Both the position numbers and the translations under genes were made by a program. From an uncultured delta proteobacterium (GTDB lineage Bacteria > Desulfobacterota > RBG-13-43-22), in the NCBI GenBank assembly GCA_963790475.1, contig CAWBOS010000012.1, positions 1,440,001-1,504,000 on the forward strand: 64,000 nucleotides of DNA, written 5' to 3'. How positions within the stretch are numbered: the stretch's first letter is position 1; each line of letters starts with the position of its first letter. Positions 50,595 through 61,420 of this stretch are shown here, piece after piece. The notes below the pieces were generated by a model. That model saw only the letters and a program-made list of their open reading frames with translations, searched no databases and was not told the DNA's origin.

Positions 50595-52187
50595 CTAATT
50601 TTTCAGCAGTTCCGCGATTTCAACTTTAAGGGCAAGTTTGTCGACCTTTCCGTTGGCCAGCAAGGGCAGCAGCGGCCGGATGATGAATTTCTTGGGGACC
50701 TTGTAGTTGGCCAGCCGGGACTTACAATATTCGCTCAGTTCCTCTTCCGTGACCTCCTTGCCCGGAAGGGTCATGGCAAAGGCCCATCCGACTTCCTGGT
50801 AGATCTCATCAGGGACACCGATGACCGCGGCAAACAGGATGCCGCCCTGGGCTTCAAGGATTTCCTCTATTTCCCGCGGATAAACGTTTTCACCCCCGGT
50901 CTTGAACATTTCCGACTTGCGGCCGCTGATGGTGATATAACCCCGATCATCCTTAGAGGCCAGATCGGAAGTGTAATACCATCCCTGGCTATCGAGGACT
51001 TCGGCGGTTGCATCCGGCTTATTGAGATATTCCTTGAACATGAAGGCGCCCCGAACGGCTATCTCACCCACCTGGCCGTTGGGGATTTCACGGCGTTTTT
51101 CATCAACGATCTTCAGTTCAAAAGGCGGGGCGATCTTGCCTGCGGTTTTCATCCGCGTTTCCAAATCGTCCCCCTTTTCCGTATAGGTAACGAAACCGCA
51201 GACCTCGGTAGAACCATAACCGGTCACCAGCATGGTACCGGTCTGATTGGAGATGCCTGACAGGACATCCAGCATAATCCTGGGGGCCGCCGCGCCGGCC
51301 CAGGCGATGAGCTTCAGAGAGCTGAAGTCGGTCTGGAAGAATTCGGGCTGCCTCATCTGTAGGAGGAACATAACGGGAACCTGTCCGAACAGGGTGATCC
51401 GCTCTTTTTCGATCATCTTCAGAGAAGCCAGCGGGTCAAACTGGTCCATGAAAACGATGCACCCGCCAGCCAGGACGGCGGCAAAGCCGATTTCGACGTC
51501 CGCCGCCACATGATTGATGGGGAAGTGGAGGAGGACCCTCATATATTGGTCGGCATAGAACTTCTTGGCCTCAACCTTGATGTTCTCCACGATACTGCGA
51601 TGGGTGTGGACCACCCCCTTGGGCTTGCCCGTGGAGCCGGAGGTGTACATCAGAAGGGCCCGGTCATTTTCTCGGACCCCGGCGGCCCGTTGCGACAGCG
51701 CCGAGTCAAGCTCGGGGCGGGGCTGTTCCGTAAATTCGATGAAAGATTCGGTCCCTTCAACAGGCTCGCCTATGACCAGGACCTTTTTAACGAAGGTAAA
51801 TTCATCCCTCAGCGCCCGGATCGTCGCGGCTATATCGTTTCCCAGAAAGGTGCGCACAACGATCAGCACCACCGGCCGGGAGTCCATGATCTGGTAACGA
51901 AGTTCATCCAGGGTGAATTTAGGATTGAGCCCCAGCCACACGGCACCGATCTTGCCCGCGGCCATGTACGTTGTCAGGAATTCGTTACAGGCCGCAGCGA
52001 GCATCGCCACCCGGTCGCCAGGCTGCACGCCTGCGGCCAAGTAAGCTCGGGCGATCCCGTCCATCCGCGTCTTGAAATCACCCCAGGTGAGACGCTCCTC
52101 GCCAAAGACAAGGGCCTCGGCCCTGGGTTTTTCGGCGGCCCATTTTTCCACGTAATGCCATGTCAATTTCAGATGGCTCCAGTCCAT
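50595..52187 (-). CDS. Long-chain acyl-CoA ligase (AMP-binding)
   Basis: YTSGSTGKPKG, GYGSTE, GRKSEMFKTGGENVYP, YKVPK, NGKVDK. Confidence 0.93.
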   Translation of the reverse strand: MDWSHLKLTWHYVEKWAAEKPRAEALVFGEERLTWGDFKTRMDGIARAYLAAGVQPGDRVAMLAAACNEFLTTYMAAGKIGAVWLGLNPKFTLDELRYQIMDSRPVVLIVVRTFLGNDIAATIRALRDEFTFVKKVLVIGEPVEGTESFIEFTEQPRPELDSALSQRAAGVRENDRALLMYTSGSTGKPKGVVHTHRSIVENIKVEAKKFYADQYMRVLLHFPINHVAADVEIGFAAVLAGGCIVFMDQFDPLASLKMIEKERITLFGQVPVMFLLQMRQPEFFQTDFSSLKLIAWAGAAAPRIMLDVLSGISNQTGTMLVTGYGSTEVCGFVTYTEKGDDLETRMKTAGKIAPPFELKIVDEKRREIPNGQVGEIAVRGAFMFKEYLNKPDATAEVLDSQGWYYTSDLASKDDRGYITISGRKSEMFKTGGENVYPREIEEILEAQGGILFAAVIGVPDEIYQEVGWAFAMTLPGKEVTEEELSEYCKSRLANYKVPKKFIIRPLLPLLANGKVDKLALKVEIAELLKN

Positions 52188-52495
52188 GATACCCTCCTGT
52201 TTTTCATGAGAGAGGTCTAAAAATCTTTACCCGACATAATCTGAAGTAGTTTCCATAAATGCCCCTTATGGTTGGATGCCGTACTTTATCATAGGTTGAA
52301 GATCTTTTCACTTACATCTTTATCCAGTTTTATTGTTTTACCTCTGGCCTTCCCACAACCCGCAAAAGCCTTCCTTGACAAAACCCGGACCGAAATATTA
52401 GACTAAAAGTAATATCTGGCTCTGCAGCGGGGTCGGACCAGAGGATGGGATTTAATTTCCTTTTAATATTCCGGCAGGGCATTTAACATAAGGAG

Positions 52496-52999
52496 ATGGC
52501 CATGAAAGATTTGAATTACATGAGCATTGCTGAGGATAACATCAAGAAAATCAGAAAAGGGGCTTTTTTAACCGTAAGAGCCGGCAAGGCCCTCAACACC
52601 ATGACCATTGGCTGGGCTACTTTCGGATTTATCTGGCAAAAGCCGATTATGATGGTGGCGGTTCGGTCTTCGAGGCATACCTTTGGTCTTATGGAGGCAG
52701 CGGAGGATTTTACCGTTACCATACCGACGAATGATATGGCTAAAGAAATTGCTTTTTGCGGTTCGAAATCGGGACGGGACCTGGACAAGTTTAAAATGGG
52801 CAACCTGGAAATAACCAACGGCAGTAAGGTGGTTTCCCCGATTATCAACACCCCTGGGCATCATTACGAGTGCAAGATAGTCTACAAGTCGGCTATGAAC
52901 CCGGCCTATCTGGACCAGAATTGTGATACATCCCTTTACCCACAAAAGGATTACCATACCCTTTACTTTGGCGAGATACTGGCCTGCTACGAAACCTGA
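52496..52999 (+). CDS. Flavin reductase family protein
   Basis: NTMTIGW, VRSSRHT, CGSKSGRDLDK, HTLYFGEI. Confidence 0.9.
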   Translation: MAMKDLNYMSIAEDNIKKIRKGAFLTVRAGKALNTMTIGWATFGFIWQKPIMMVAVRSSRHTFGLMEAAEDFTVTIPTNDMAKEIAFCGSKSGRDLDKFKMGNLEITNGSKVVSPIINTPGHHYECKIVYKSAMNPAYLDQNCDTSLYPQKDYHTLYFGEILACYET

Positions 53000-53178
53000 T
53001 ATTCAAAAAGTCATCAATAAGGGGTGGCCAATCGACGTTTGACTTAAGACCTTTCCAATCGATGGACTTGGGGACGACTGCCCCTGGGATGGGCAGCGTC
53101 CCCAAGTAGGGTAAGCCATCAACCGGGGTTGATCGATGGTATGGAAATACCGGTCCTGCTTTCCCTGAAAACCTTGGT

Positions 53179-53567
53179 TTAGATCATCAATTCCCCATCC
53201 TTCATCAGGCACTGATCGTCGATCATAATCGTCGGATTACTGAATAACACGTCCTGGTGGATGCGGCTCATGGTACTGCCGCCGATGTCTTGGTGTGGGC
53301 GATGGTTGCCCCTTCGGCAACAGAGAAAATGGCATTAACGGCCTTCATAGCCGCCGTTACTGCCGCGGTTGGTTCGCCCCCGTCGATTTTCCGTGGTGGT
53401 ATGACGGCCAGCGTGGTATCAAGCCCCATTTCCAGCATGGCATCCAGAAGGGTCTGACCTAAATGTGCCGGCCGGGGCAGGTTGTCGGCCACAATCAAAA
53501 TTTTTTTCCCCTGGTTGACCGCATTACAGGCTACCAGCATATTTTGAATATTTTTCTTTACATCCAT
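53179..53567 (-). pseudogene. Aminopeptidase T/M29-like (leucyl aminopeptidase family) gene with its centre deleted
   Basis: N-terminus (KILIVAD, GGEPTAAV..AM, IAHTK) joined out of frame to C-terminus IGGSTMSRIHQDVLFSNPTIMIDDQCLMKDG. Confidence 0.7.
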
Positions 53568-53819
53568 GGGTTTCTCCTTGGCATCTTTGTTTTTTAATTA
53601 CCCTTAACATATAGCAACGGTTAGGAAGAGTTAATTATAATAATTTCAATAGGTTATGCTATCACATAGCGATAAAAATTTCTTTTCACCTGATCTCGGG
53701 TCACCTGAACAATGGCCTGAAGAATAGGGCCTGAACAATAAGGATTGACGATCGTTGGAATTCGAGGATAGAATAAATTGTTTGGAGAATTTTATTTATA
53801 AAGTTAAAGAGGGGAATAT

Positions 53820-54599
53820 ATGGAAATCAAAAATAAAGTTGTGGTGGTCACCGGCGGTGCTGAAGGAATAGGCGCGGCCTTGTGCCGGCGGTTTGCCCGA
53901 GAAGGGGCTAAAGGTATAGTCGTGGCTGATATCAATGAGACGAAAGCCAAAGCCGTAGCGGATGAAATACAGGGGGCGGCTTTCAAATGCGATGTCAGCA
54001 AAGAAGAAGAGGTGAAGGAGCTGGTCCGCTTTACGGAAAAGAAGTACGGACCAATAGATCTTTTTTGCTCGAATGCCGGCATTATTGCCATCGGCGGCGT
54101 AGAGTGTCCCAATGATCAATGGCAGCGGATTTGGGAGGTCAATGTCATGTCCCATGTGTATGTGGGACGGGCGATTATTCCCGGAATGATCCGGCGGGGC
54201 GGTGGTGCGCTGATGATCACCTCTTCGGCCGCGGGGCTCCTCAGTCAGATCGGTTCGGCGCCTTATTCGGTTACCAAGCATGCGGCTGTGGGGCTGGCCG
54301 AAAATATCGCCATCACCTACGGCGATCAGGGGATCAAGGTATTCGCTCTCTGTCCCCAGGCCGTGCGCACGGCCATGGCCGGTCCGGATGGCGGCGTAGC
54401 GGCGGTTGACGGGCTGATGGAACCGGAGGAGCTGGCCGAGGCGGTTATCGAGGGTTTGAATAAAGAAGAGTTTCTGATTCTGCCTCACCCCGATGTAAAA
54501 ACTTACCTGCAGAGAAAAACAAGCGATTATGATCGCTGGCTTCAAGGCATGCGGCGACTTCAGGCCCGGTTCATGGCCGGAGGGCCTCTCAAGAAATAG
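53820..54599 (+). CDS. SDR family oxidoreductase
   Basis: [18 protein letters not shown]. Confidence 0.93.
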   Translation: MEIKNKVVVVTGGAEGIGAALCRRFAREGAKGIVVADINETKAKAVADEIQGAAFKCDVSKEEEVKELVRFTEKKYGPIDLFCSNAGIIAIGGVECPNDQWQRIWEVNVMSHVYVGRAIIPGMIRRGGGALMITSSAAGLLSQIGSAPYSVTKHAAVGLAENIAITYGDQGIKVFALCPQAVRTAMAGPDGGVAAVDGLMEPEELAEAVIEGLNKEEFLILPHPDVKTYLQRKTSDYDRWLQGMRRLQARFMAGGPLKK

Positions 54600-54727
54600 G
54601 ATTTTGCCGCCCAGAGAGATGTTGTTGAATTAGTCAATCTGGAATTTTATGGTCCGAATGGACCCCGGAAGCATCGAACCGGTAGGACAGACGAACAACA
54701 ATTCTGCGAGAGGAAATAATAACGCCA

Positions 54728-55303
54728 ATGTTTGACAGGGTAACCAACATTATATCGATGATGTCAAAAACCCGGTTTAATTACTGGGCTGAATTTGCTA
54801 TCGATATCCCCTTGGGCGCGGTGATGATTTTTGCCGGTCTGCGTCATGGCGGACACAATCCCATCACGGTTCTTCTAACCATCCTCCTTGGCCTGTTTCT
54901 TTTCACTATTATCGAATACTCCTCTCACCGCTGGCTGTTTCACGGATCGGTGCCGATCATAGTGCAGGGTCACCGCGCGCATCATGAGAACCCGCTGGGT
55001 TACGATGCCCTGCCTTTCTTTTTACCGGCCCTCGTACTGCTGGGGTTGTCAGGACTATTTTGTTTGTTTATGTCCGCGAGCTATTCATTCCTGCTGACCG
55101 GAACCATAGCTTTAAGCTACACTACCTATGGACTGAGCCATTTCACCATTCACCACCATCGTTTTCACTGGGTGCCGGCCCGAAACTGGGCGGCCAATCA
55201 TCATATCCATCACTACCACTCCGACACCAACTTCGGTGTTACCACACCGCTATGGGATATATTGATCGGAACACGCTATGTTTACGATCACAAAAAAAAT
55301 TAG
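54728..55303 (+). CDS. Sterol desaturase/fatty acid hydroxylase family protein
   Basis: His boxes EY..HRWLFH, HRAHH, HFTIHH, HHIHH; NFGVTTPLWD. Confidence 0.9.
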   Translation: MFDRVTNIISMMSKTRFNYWAEFAIDIPLGAVMIFAGLRHGGHNPITVLLTILLGLFLFTIIEYSSHRWLFHGSVPIIVQGHRAHHENPLGYDALPFFLPALVLLGLSGLFCLFMSASYSFLLTGTIALSYTTYGLSHFTIHHHRFHWVPARNWAANHHIHHYHSDTNFGVTTPLWDILIGTRYVYDHKKN

Positions 55304-55544
55304 GGTCTTTCGATTTCGCCACCCCTTTGCCCTTTGCCTGGCCTTTTCTCCCCCATTTGCTCCCTAAATAAAGCTCAAAGTTCTCTTCAATTACTTGGTC
55401 ATGGATGGTGCGCCTGGCGTCTGCCGTGGATAGATGGGTACAACCGGTTGTATTACCATAGGTTGCTGTGTCTCTTCATTTTGCTGGTCATGGATGGTAG
55501 TAAGCCTCTCTACCTTGCCGGTGCTGTGGATATGCAGATAGACC

Positions 55545-56336
55545 TTATTCGGACTTTAAAGACTCTCCTTTGAGGTGTCGCGACCGGAGTTTGCGCATAC
55601 CAAGGAGCCACCGGTCGTAGTCGGAGGTCTTTCTTTCCAAATAGGTCTTTACCTCAGGATGGGGCAGGATCAGAAATCTCTCATCAGCCAAAGCCTCAAT
55701 CACCGAATCGGCGACCGTCTCCGGTTCTAATCGGCCGTCGACCGCCGCTACACTGACCTCTTCCCGAGTCATCCCGGTGCGAACTGCCTGTGGACAGACC
55801 ACTGAAACTTTAATCCCCTGATCGCCATACATGATGGCGATATTTTCCGCCAAACCCACGGCCGCGTGTTTGGTTGTCGCATAAGATGAAGATCCGGTCG
55901 TATTCAGCAAGCCTCCGGCAGAGGCAACATTAAGGAGAAAGCCGCCCCCACGTTCAATCATTCGGGGAATAACCGCCCTGGCTGCGTATACATGGGCCAT
56001 TACATGGACTTCCCACATCTTTTGCCAGATTTCATTGGAAAGCTCAAGGCCTCCTCTAACCGATATTCCGGCATTCGAGCAGAACAGATCAACAGGACCG
56101 TATTTTTCTTCGGTCCGCTCGACCACGTTTATAATATCATCTTCATGGCTGACATCACATTTCAGCCCCAATCCCTTGATTTCATCGGCCACGGCCAGGG
56201 CGCCGTTTTCGTTAATGTCAGCCACTGTGATGCCTCTTGCGCCTTCCCGGGCGAACCGTCGGCAAAAAGCCCTGCCGATGCCGCTGGCCCCGCCCGTGAC
56301 CACAACCACTTTATCAGTAACTTTCATCTTATTCAA
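55545..56336 (-). CDS. SDR family oxidoreductase (close paralog of 53820-54599)
   Basis: TGGASGIG, CSNAG, YATTK; shared [22 protein letters not shown]. Confidence 0.93.
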   Translation of the reverse strand: MNKMKVTDKVVVVTGGASGIGRAFCRRFAREGARGITVADINENGALAVADEIKGLGLKCDVSHEDDIINVVERTEEKYGPVDLFCSNAGISVRGGLELSNEIWQKMWEVHVMAHVYAARAVIPRMIERGGGFLLNVASAGGLLNTTGSSSYATTKHAAVGLAENIAIMYGDQGIKVSVVCPQAVRTGMTREEVSVAAVDGRLEPETVADSVIEALADERFLILPHPEVKTYLERKTSDYDRWLLGMRKLRSRHLKGESLKSE

Positions 56337-56583
56337 ACCTCCCGGTTCTGATTTAAACCCCCTTGGTGTCTTGTACCATTGAATAATAGAAATTAAAATA
56401 CCAATTTCCCTCCCGTCCCCATCTCCTTTTTTCCCCTTGACCCGGCCTTTTTCTAAGATTAAAGTCTTCTCGTCAAAAGAAAATCCCGGGGATGTAATGA
56501 GAGAATATGAAGATCGGTTTAAAAGGAACAGGCAGACTGCCGATGTCTAGTCCGCAGGCAATCCATTCATGATCGATTGTAAC

Positions 56584-56651
56584 AATCCCCCTCATTCCCC
56601 CTTTCCAAAGGGGGACTTTCCCTTTGAAGAAAAGAGGGCGGGAGGGATTTT
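56584..56651. repeat. Short palindromic CCCCCTTT/AAAGGGGG-type intergenic repeat
   Basis: AATCCCCCTC..CCCCCTTTCCAAAGGGGG..GAGGGATT nested hairpins. Confidence 0.5.
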
Positions 56652-56738
56652 TGATGGTTTTTCAAATGGCCAAATTGATACGATGATTTTATTTCGACTT
56701 CGAGGTGTATTTATTGGAAGTTTTCATAAGGATTTAAT

Positions 56739-57872
56739 TTGGAATATCAGCTTTACGCAACCTGCCCCGACGAGATAACGGGCCTTTTGGCCAAGGAAAT
56801 CGCTTCTCTTGGCGGAACCAAAATTCGGATCGACTATCGGGTGGTGTATTTCAGCGCATCGAAGGAAGTCGCCTACAGGGCCCACCTGCACCTGCGGCTG
56901 GCGAATCGAATTTGCCGGGTTGTAAAGGAAATTCCGGCACAATCTCCAACCATCATCTTCGACAAAGCGAGGAAGATTCGATTTCATGAGCTCTTTTCCG
57001 ACCAGGAGGCGATCAGCATCAGGGTGGTCGCCTCCAACGAGGGAAGCAAGATCCCGAATCATTTGATCGGCAGTAAACTGCGCGAAGCTATCAATGATTG
57101 CTTTCAGCATCACCTGAATATCACCCCCAATCAAAGCTCTCGGGGCGCCGCCATCGGGGTCACCGGTTACTTCCATGACAAACGTCTGCTGGTCAGTGTC
57201 GATACCACCTTTGAGGGTCTTCACCGCCGGGGATTTCGCGTTGAAGGCCATCCGGCCCCTTTGAACGAAACGCTGGCCGCGGCTCTGCTGGCGGTCTGCG
57301 AATACGACGGGACCACGAGCTTTTTCGATCCCATGTGCGGGAGCGGAACGATCGTGGTCGAGGCCGCTCAGATGGCCATCCATCGGGCTCCGCAGATCCA
57401 CCGAAAAAAAGGCGGGTTTGGCCTTGAACATCTTTATGGTTTTGATGCCAGTCTCTGGCAGACCGTTCAGGCTCAGGCCCGCGCAGCTGAGAGGCCGGCG
57501 AAAGCGGGAATCTTTGGTTCTGATATCGAGCCTCAATTTGTCGAGATTGCCAAAAAATCCGTTGCCAAGGCCCAGTTGGAAACGGTTGTTCATCTGGAGA
57601 CCAAAGATTTCTTTAGAACGGAGAAACCGGCTGAGGGCGGGCTCCTGATCGCCAATATCCCTTATGGCCTCAGAATGACGGATAGAGACGTCAACCCGGA
57701 GTTTTTGCGAGCCATCGGCGACCACCTCAAAAATCACTTCAAAGGGTGGCGCTGTGGGATTCTCGCTCCCGTTTCATCGCCTCTTAAGGAAATCGGACTG
57801 AAGCCTGATAAGCAGGCCTCGTTTTTGAATGGTACCGTTCCCGTCAGACTCGTTGTCTTTGATATCTATTGA
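56739..57872 (+). CDS. THUMP-domain RNA m2G methyltransferase (RlmL/YpsC-like)
   Basis: LHRRGFR, APLNETLAAA, DPMCGSGT, GSDI, ANIPYG, FLNG. Confidence 0.9.
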   Translation: MEYQLYATCPDEITGLLAKEIASLGGTKIRIDYRVVYFSASKEVAYRAHLHLRLANRICRVVKEIPAQSPTIIFDKARKIRFHELFSDQEAISIRVVASNEGSKIPNHLIGSKLREAINDCFQHHLNITPNQSSRGAAIGVTGYFHDKRLLVSVDTTFEGLHRRGFRVEGHPAPLNETLAAALLAVCEYDGTTSFFDPMCGSGTIVVEAAQMAIHRAPQIHRKKGGFGLEHLYGFDASLWQTVQAQARAAERPAKAGIFGSDIEPQFVEIAKKSVAKAQLETVVHLETKDFFRTEKPAEGGLLIANIPYGLRMTDRDVNPEFLRAIGDHLKNHFKGWRCGILAPVSSPLKEIGLKPDKQASFLNGTVPVRLVVFDIY

Positions 57873-58188
57873 TCCCGGCATTCCCGCACCTTCTTTCCGG
57901 GATAGGGTTAAGGGGAAAATACTATCCCTTGAACAAAAATATACAGGAGACCCGTTATTTCTTTCGGGTCGGCTCCGGGAAATAATAAACGCATTAACAA
58001 TGATACCAAGATCCTATTTCTTTGCCGTAAGGTTCTGCAGAGGTCCGCAGCTCAGTTGTTCCCCTAAAAGGTTGGCCTGAAACAGATCCTTCGGGAATTT
58101 TATTAACATCGTCGAAAAATTCCAAAACCTTTTACCTCGGCGAAAGCGGCAACAGGTAGATTAACCTTTTTTAAAAGGAGAATCGAAA

Positions 58189-58893
58189 ATGGTCAATTCC
58201 TGGATCACCTCTTTTTATCACCTCTTAGGTCAGCTTGGATACACCCATCCTGTCCATCCCGCCCTGGTTCATATGCCCATCGGTCTGGTGACCGGGGCCT
58301 TTATCCTCAGATTGGGGGCCATTTTTTTCAACAAGGAAAACCTGATCCGTTCGGCCCGTCACTGCTTTGTCCTTGGCTTCCTTTTTTGGTTTCCGGTAGT
58401 CCTCTTAGGCTTTATGGATTGGCAACATTTTTATGGAGGGGTCTGGCTGACCCCCATCAAGATAAAGATGGTTTTGGCCTTGGTCTTACTGGTTCTTTTT
58501 CTGCTGGTTTTAATTTTAAATTTTCGGAAGGAGAGAAATTCGAAACTGACTTTGGCCCTGTATTCCCTTGGCCTGCTTACCGCGGTCCTTCTGGGTTTTT
58601 TCGGCGCTCAATTGGTATACGGAGGAAAATCACTCCAGTCGTCAACGTATCAACCCGGAGAAAAATTATTCGCCGCCAACTGCATTGCCTGTCATCCCGG
58701 AGGAAGGAATATCCTGAAACCTGACCATCCGATCATCAATTCGCCCAAATTGAAGGATCTCGATACGTTTGTGTCCTGGATCCGTCATCCCATTGCCCCC
58801 ATGCCGACCTTTTCCAATTCCGAAATTTCCGATAACCAGGCCAAGGCCCTCTACGCCTATATCACCAAGGTGCTGGTCAGTTCAGGAGAATAA
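58189..58893 (+). CDS. DUF2231-like membrane domain fused to a c-type cytochrome
   Basis: HPALVHMPIG, four TMs, GAQLVYG, then CIACH and MPTF. Confidence 0.85.
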   Translation: MVNSWITSFYHLLGQLGYTHPVHPALVHMPIGLVTGAFILRLGAIFFNKENLIRSARHCFVLGFLFWFPVVLLGFMDWQHFYGGVWLTPIKIKMVLALVLLVLFLLVLILNFRKERNSKLTLALYSLGLLTAVLLGFFGAQLVYGGKSLQSSTYQPGEKLFAANCIACHPGGRNILKPDHPIINSPKLKDLDTFVSWIRHPIAPMPTFSNSEISDNQAKALYAYITKVLVSSGE

Positions 58894-58912
58894 AACCGAG
58901 GCTCTCTTTTTT

Positions 58913-60319
58913 ATGCGACGTTACCTTATTTTTGCTTCCGCCGGTTTAAGTCTCCTCATGTATTCCATCGACAGTACAGTGGTCGCGGTGGCTTTTCCCA
59001 ATTTGATCAAAGACCTGAACACTAACGTACTCTGGGCGGCCTGGACCATTTCCATCTATCTGATAGCAGTTACCAGCTCCATGCCCTTAATGGGCAACCT
59101 GAGTGACAGCTTTGGCCGAAAAAAGGTCTTTCTTATTTCTCTGATTCTTTTTACGGGAAGTTCTCTGGCCTGCGGTCTCGCTTCCAATATTCAAAGCCTG
59201 GTGGCCTTCAGGTTCCTTCAGGGGATCGGGGGAGCCAGTTTTCTTCCGACGGCGGCAGGCATTGTCAGTGATCAATTTCCGGAAAATCGGCAGAGGGCCA
59301 TCGGGCTTTTTACCAGTATTTTTCCCATTGGGGGGATTGTAGGGCCGAATTTAGGGGGCTGGATAGTGAGCCGATATTCCTGGAGGTATATTTTTTATAT
59401 CAATTTACCCCTTGGCATAGTTCTCATAGTGATGATCGCGGTTCTGCTTGAAAAATCTAAAGGTTCTTTTCGTCCCCATGTAGACTTTAAAGGGGCTTTG
59501 CTTTTTTTGGGGGCGATCCTGTCCCTCATGCTGGGTTTCAATCGAATTGCCCAGAATTTCTCCACATCCTCCATTTTCCTGACCGTGATTTTTATAACTT
59601 GTTTTTGTTTTTTTATTTACCTATTTTTTCGTCAGGAAAAAAAAGAGTCCAACCCGATCCTCAATATGGATTTGTTGAAATCAAAGCCTTTTCTGGCTGC
59701 AAACCTCTACAACTTACTAATCGGGGCCGGGGTCATGGGAATTTTTGCTGTTATTCCCCTCTATGCCACCTCGGTGTACAAGTTATCCATTTTGCTCAGC
59801 GGGATGATATTGACCCCTCGCTCTCTGGCGGTCATTCCCGTTTCAGCGATCACCAGCTTTTTGCTCAAACGATGGGGGTACCGATGGCCCATGCTGTCCG
59901 GGTTGATCATCATCTCTTTTTCCACGATTCTGCTGGGTGGACCGGGAATTCAACTGATGCCGATGATGGGGATTCACCTGGGAATTGCCGGAACCCTGGC
60001 TCTTCTGATCATGGTCAGCGGAATAGGCATGGGAATCGCCCTCCCCGCTTCCAATAATGCCTGCATTGAATTAATGCCCGACCATGTGGCGACTATTACC
60101 GGGCTTCGAGGGATGTTCCGGTCTGTCGGAGGAGCCTTGGGAATTTCCTTAATCACCATTATCCTCCATTTGAGCTCCACTCCGGCCCAGGGCTTCAGGG
60201 TTACCTTTATCGGCTTTGGTCTCGGACTTCTATTTTCGATCCCCCTCATTTTTCTCATGCCGGATGGAAGGTATGTCCCTCAGGATTCGGAAAAGCACCT
60301 CACCGAACACCACCAATAA
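58913..60319 (+). CDS. MFS transporter, DHA2/EmrB-like
   Basis: IDSTVVAVAFP, GNLSDSFGRKK, FRFLQGIG, GPNLGG, WRYIFYINLP. Confidence 0.92.
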   Translation: MRRYLIFASAGLSLLMYSIDSTVVAVAFPNLIKDLNTNVLWAAWTISIYLIAVTSSMPLMGNLSDSFGRKKVFLISLILFTGSSLACGLASNIQSLVAFRFLQGIGGASFLPTAAGIVSDQFPENRQRAIGLFTSIFPIGGIVGPNLGGWIVSRYSWRYIFYINLPLGIVLIVMIAVLLEKSKGSFRPHVDFKGALLFLGAILSLMLGFNRIAQNFSTSSIFLTVIFITCFCFFIYLFFRQEKKESNPILNMDLLKSKPFLAANLYNLLIGAGVMGIFAVIPLYATSVYKLSILLSGMILTPRSLAVIPVSAITSFLLKRWGYRWPMLSGLIIISFSTILLGGPGIQLMPMMGIHLGIAGTLALLIMVSGIGMGIALPASNNACIELMPDHVATITGLRGMFRSVGGALGISLITIILHLSSTPAQGFRVTFIGFGLGLLFSIPLIFLMPDGRYVPQDSEKHLTEHHQ

Positions 60320-60569
60320 GTGGCTTCTTCAATGGCGCCCAAGGTAGAAAGATGATTATTAAGACCCTGAAGCCTGGGGATTGACAGGGGAGGCCCTGTA
60401 ATCCTGGTCCGTTTTATCATATTAGGGAGATCGTTGATCCTGGGGCCGTATAGGGGGACGGGGGAGTGTTTGAGAAGGAAGTTACACCAACAACTCTTGT
60501 TTGGGAGCTGGACTAAAAATTGAGAATTACCATTCGAAATGTGCGAAACAAAGGCAGGGCCATTTCTGA

Positions 60570-60695
60570 TCAGGCCATTGTTTGTCTTCTCCACAACATC
60601 GCCAGCGCCTCCTGCGCCTTGGCCAGCCAATAATCCATGCCTATCTTGCGGAACATGGTCTCGGCCTTTTTAAGATTTTCCGAAGCATCTTTTTT
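60570..60695 (-). pseudogene. C-terminal fragment of a TPR-like protein
   Basis: Minus strand KDASENLKKAETMFRKIGMDYWLAKAQEALA; no upstream gene body. Confidence 0.5.
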
Positions 60696-60769
60696 TTATA
60701 AGATGTTAAGTGGTGGTTTTCATAAGAATCTCCAAGGGGGTGTGACGTTTAGATAACCCCGTCAGTCTC

Positions 60770-60943
60770 AAAGAAGATCCCTTCCGAGTGGTTCTTTTTG
60801 GTCATCCGGCTGAGCCAGGAAGGATAATCTAAAGGGTCCAACAGCAGGGTCACCCCGATCTTTGACAGATAAGCCACCACCATTTGCTCCAGATCCATTT
60901 GTTCCTGACTGGCATTTGGGATTTGAGCCTTGAAGGTGAAACC
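60770..60943 (-). pseudogene. Internal fragment of an ABC solute-binding protein paralog
   Basis: 58 codons aligning without gaps to the 29477-31219 protein (34/58 identical by hand count). Confidence 0.85.
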
Positions 60944-61420
60944 ATGACTGATATCTGATGGATAGCCTGTTTAATCTCTTCATTACTTGGTCTAGGGTTA
61001 TTGCCCAATTCACTTTTCAATAGATCAATAAAAGTTCTTTTATTTCCCATTCAAGATTTTTTATCTCACTTTCAATTCCTTCATTCTCTATCTGTCTGAT
61101 TATTTCTGCAGATTCTGATATAATATTTTTCATAAAGTATCCATTTCAATAGCCTTCAATCTGCATATTATCATTTTCTTTATCCTACCAAATATTAGGA
61201 GAACTATTCAAATTATCCAACTTAATTCTTAGCACTGTTGTTTTTAATTTCTTCTATAGATTCAATTACTTTAAGAACATGCTTTTTAATGGAAAGAGTA
61301 TAAAACAAGAAAAAGACGGGACCAAGAAGAAAGAAACGGCTGAAAGTACAGGAAAGGAAACTAGAATCTGATGAGTCTATCTGAAGTTCGAGGGATTTGG
61401 GTTTGTCCTAATGATGCTGA

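Noticed and set aside
25466-57737. Long antisense ORFs such as 25466-26230, 27134-28207, 51510-52220, 53796-54545 and 56724-57737
   Set aside because: They overlap well-supported genes on the opposite strand and have no motifs; shadow ORFs.
58020-58170. Riboswitch upstream of the cytochrome gene
   Set aside because: Some hairpin potential, but no match to a riboswitch consensus I can support.
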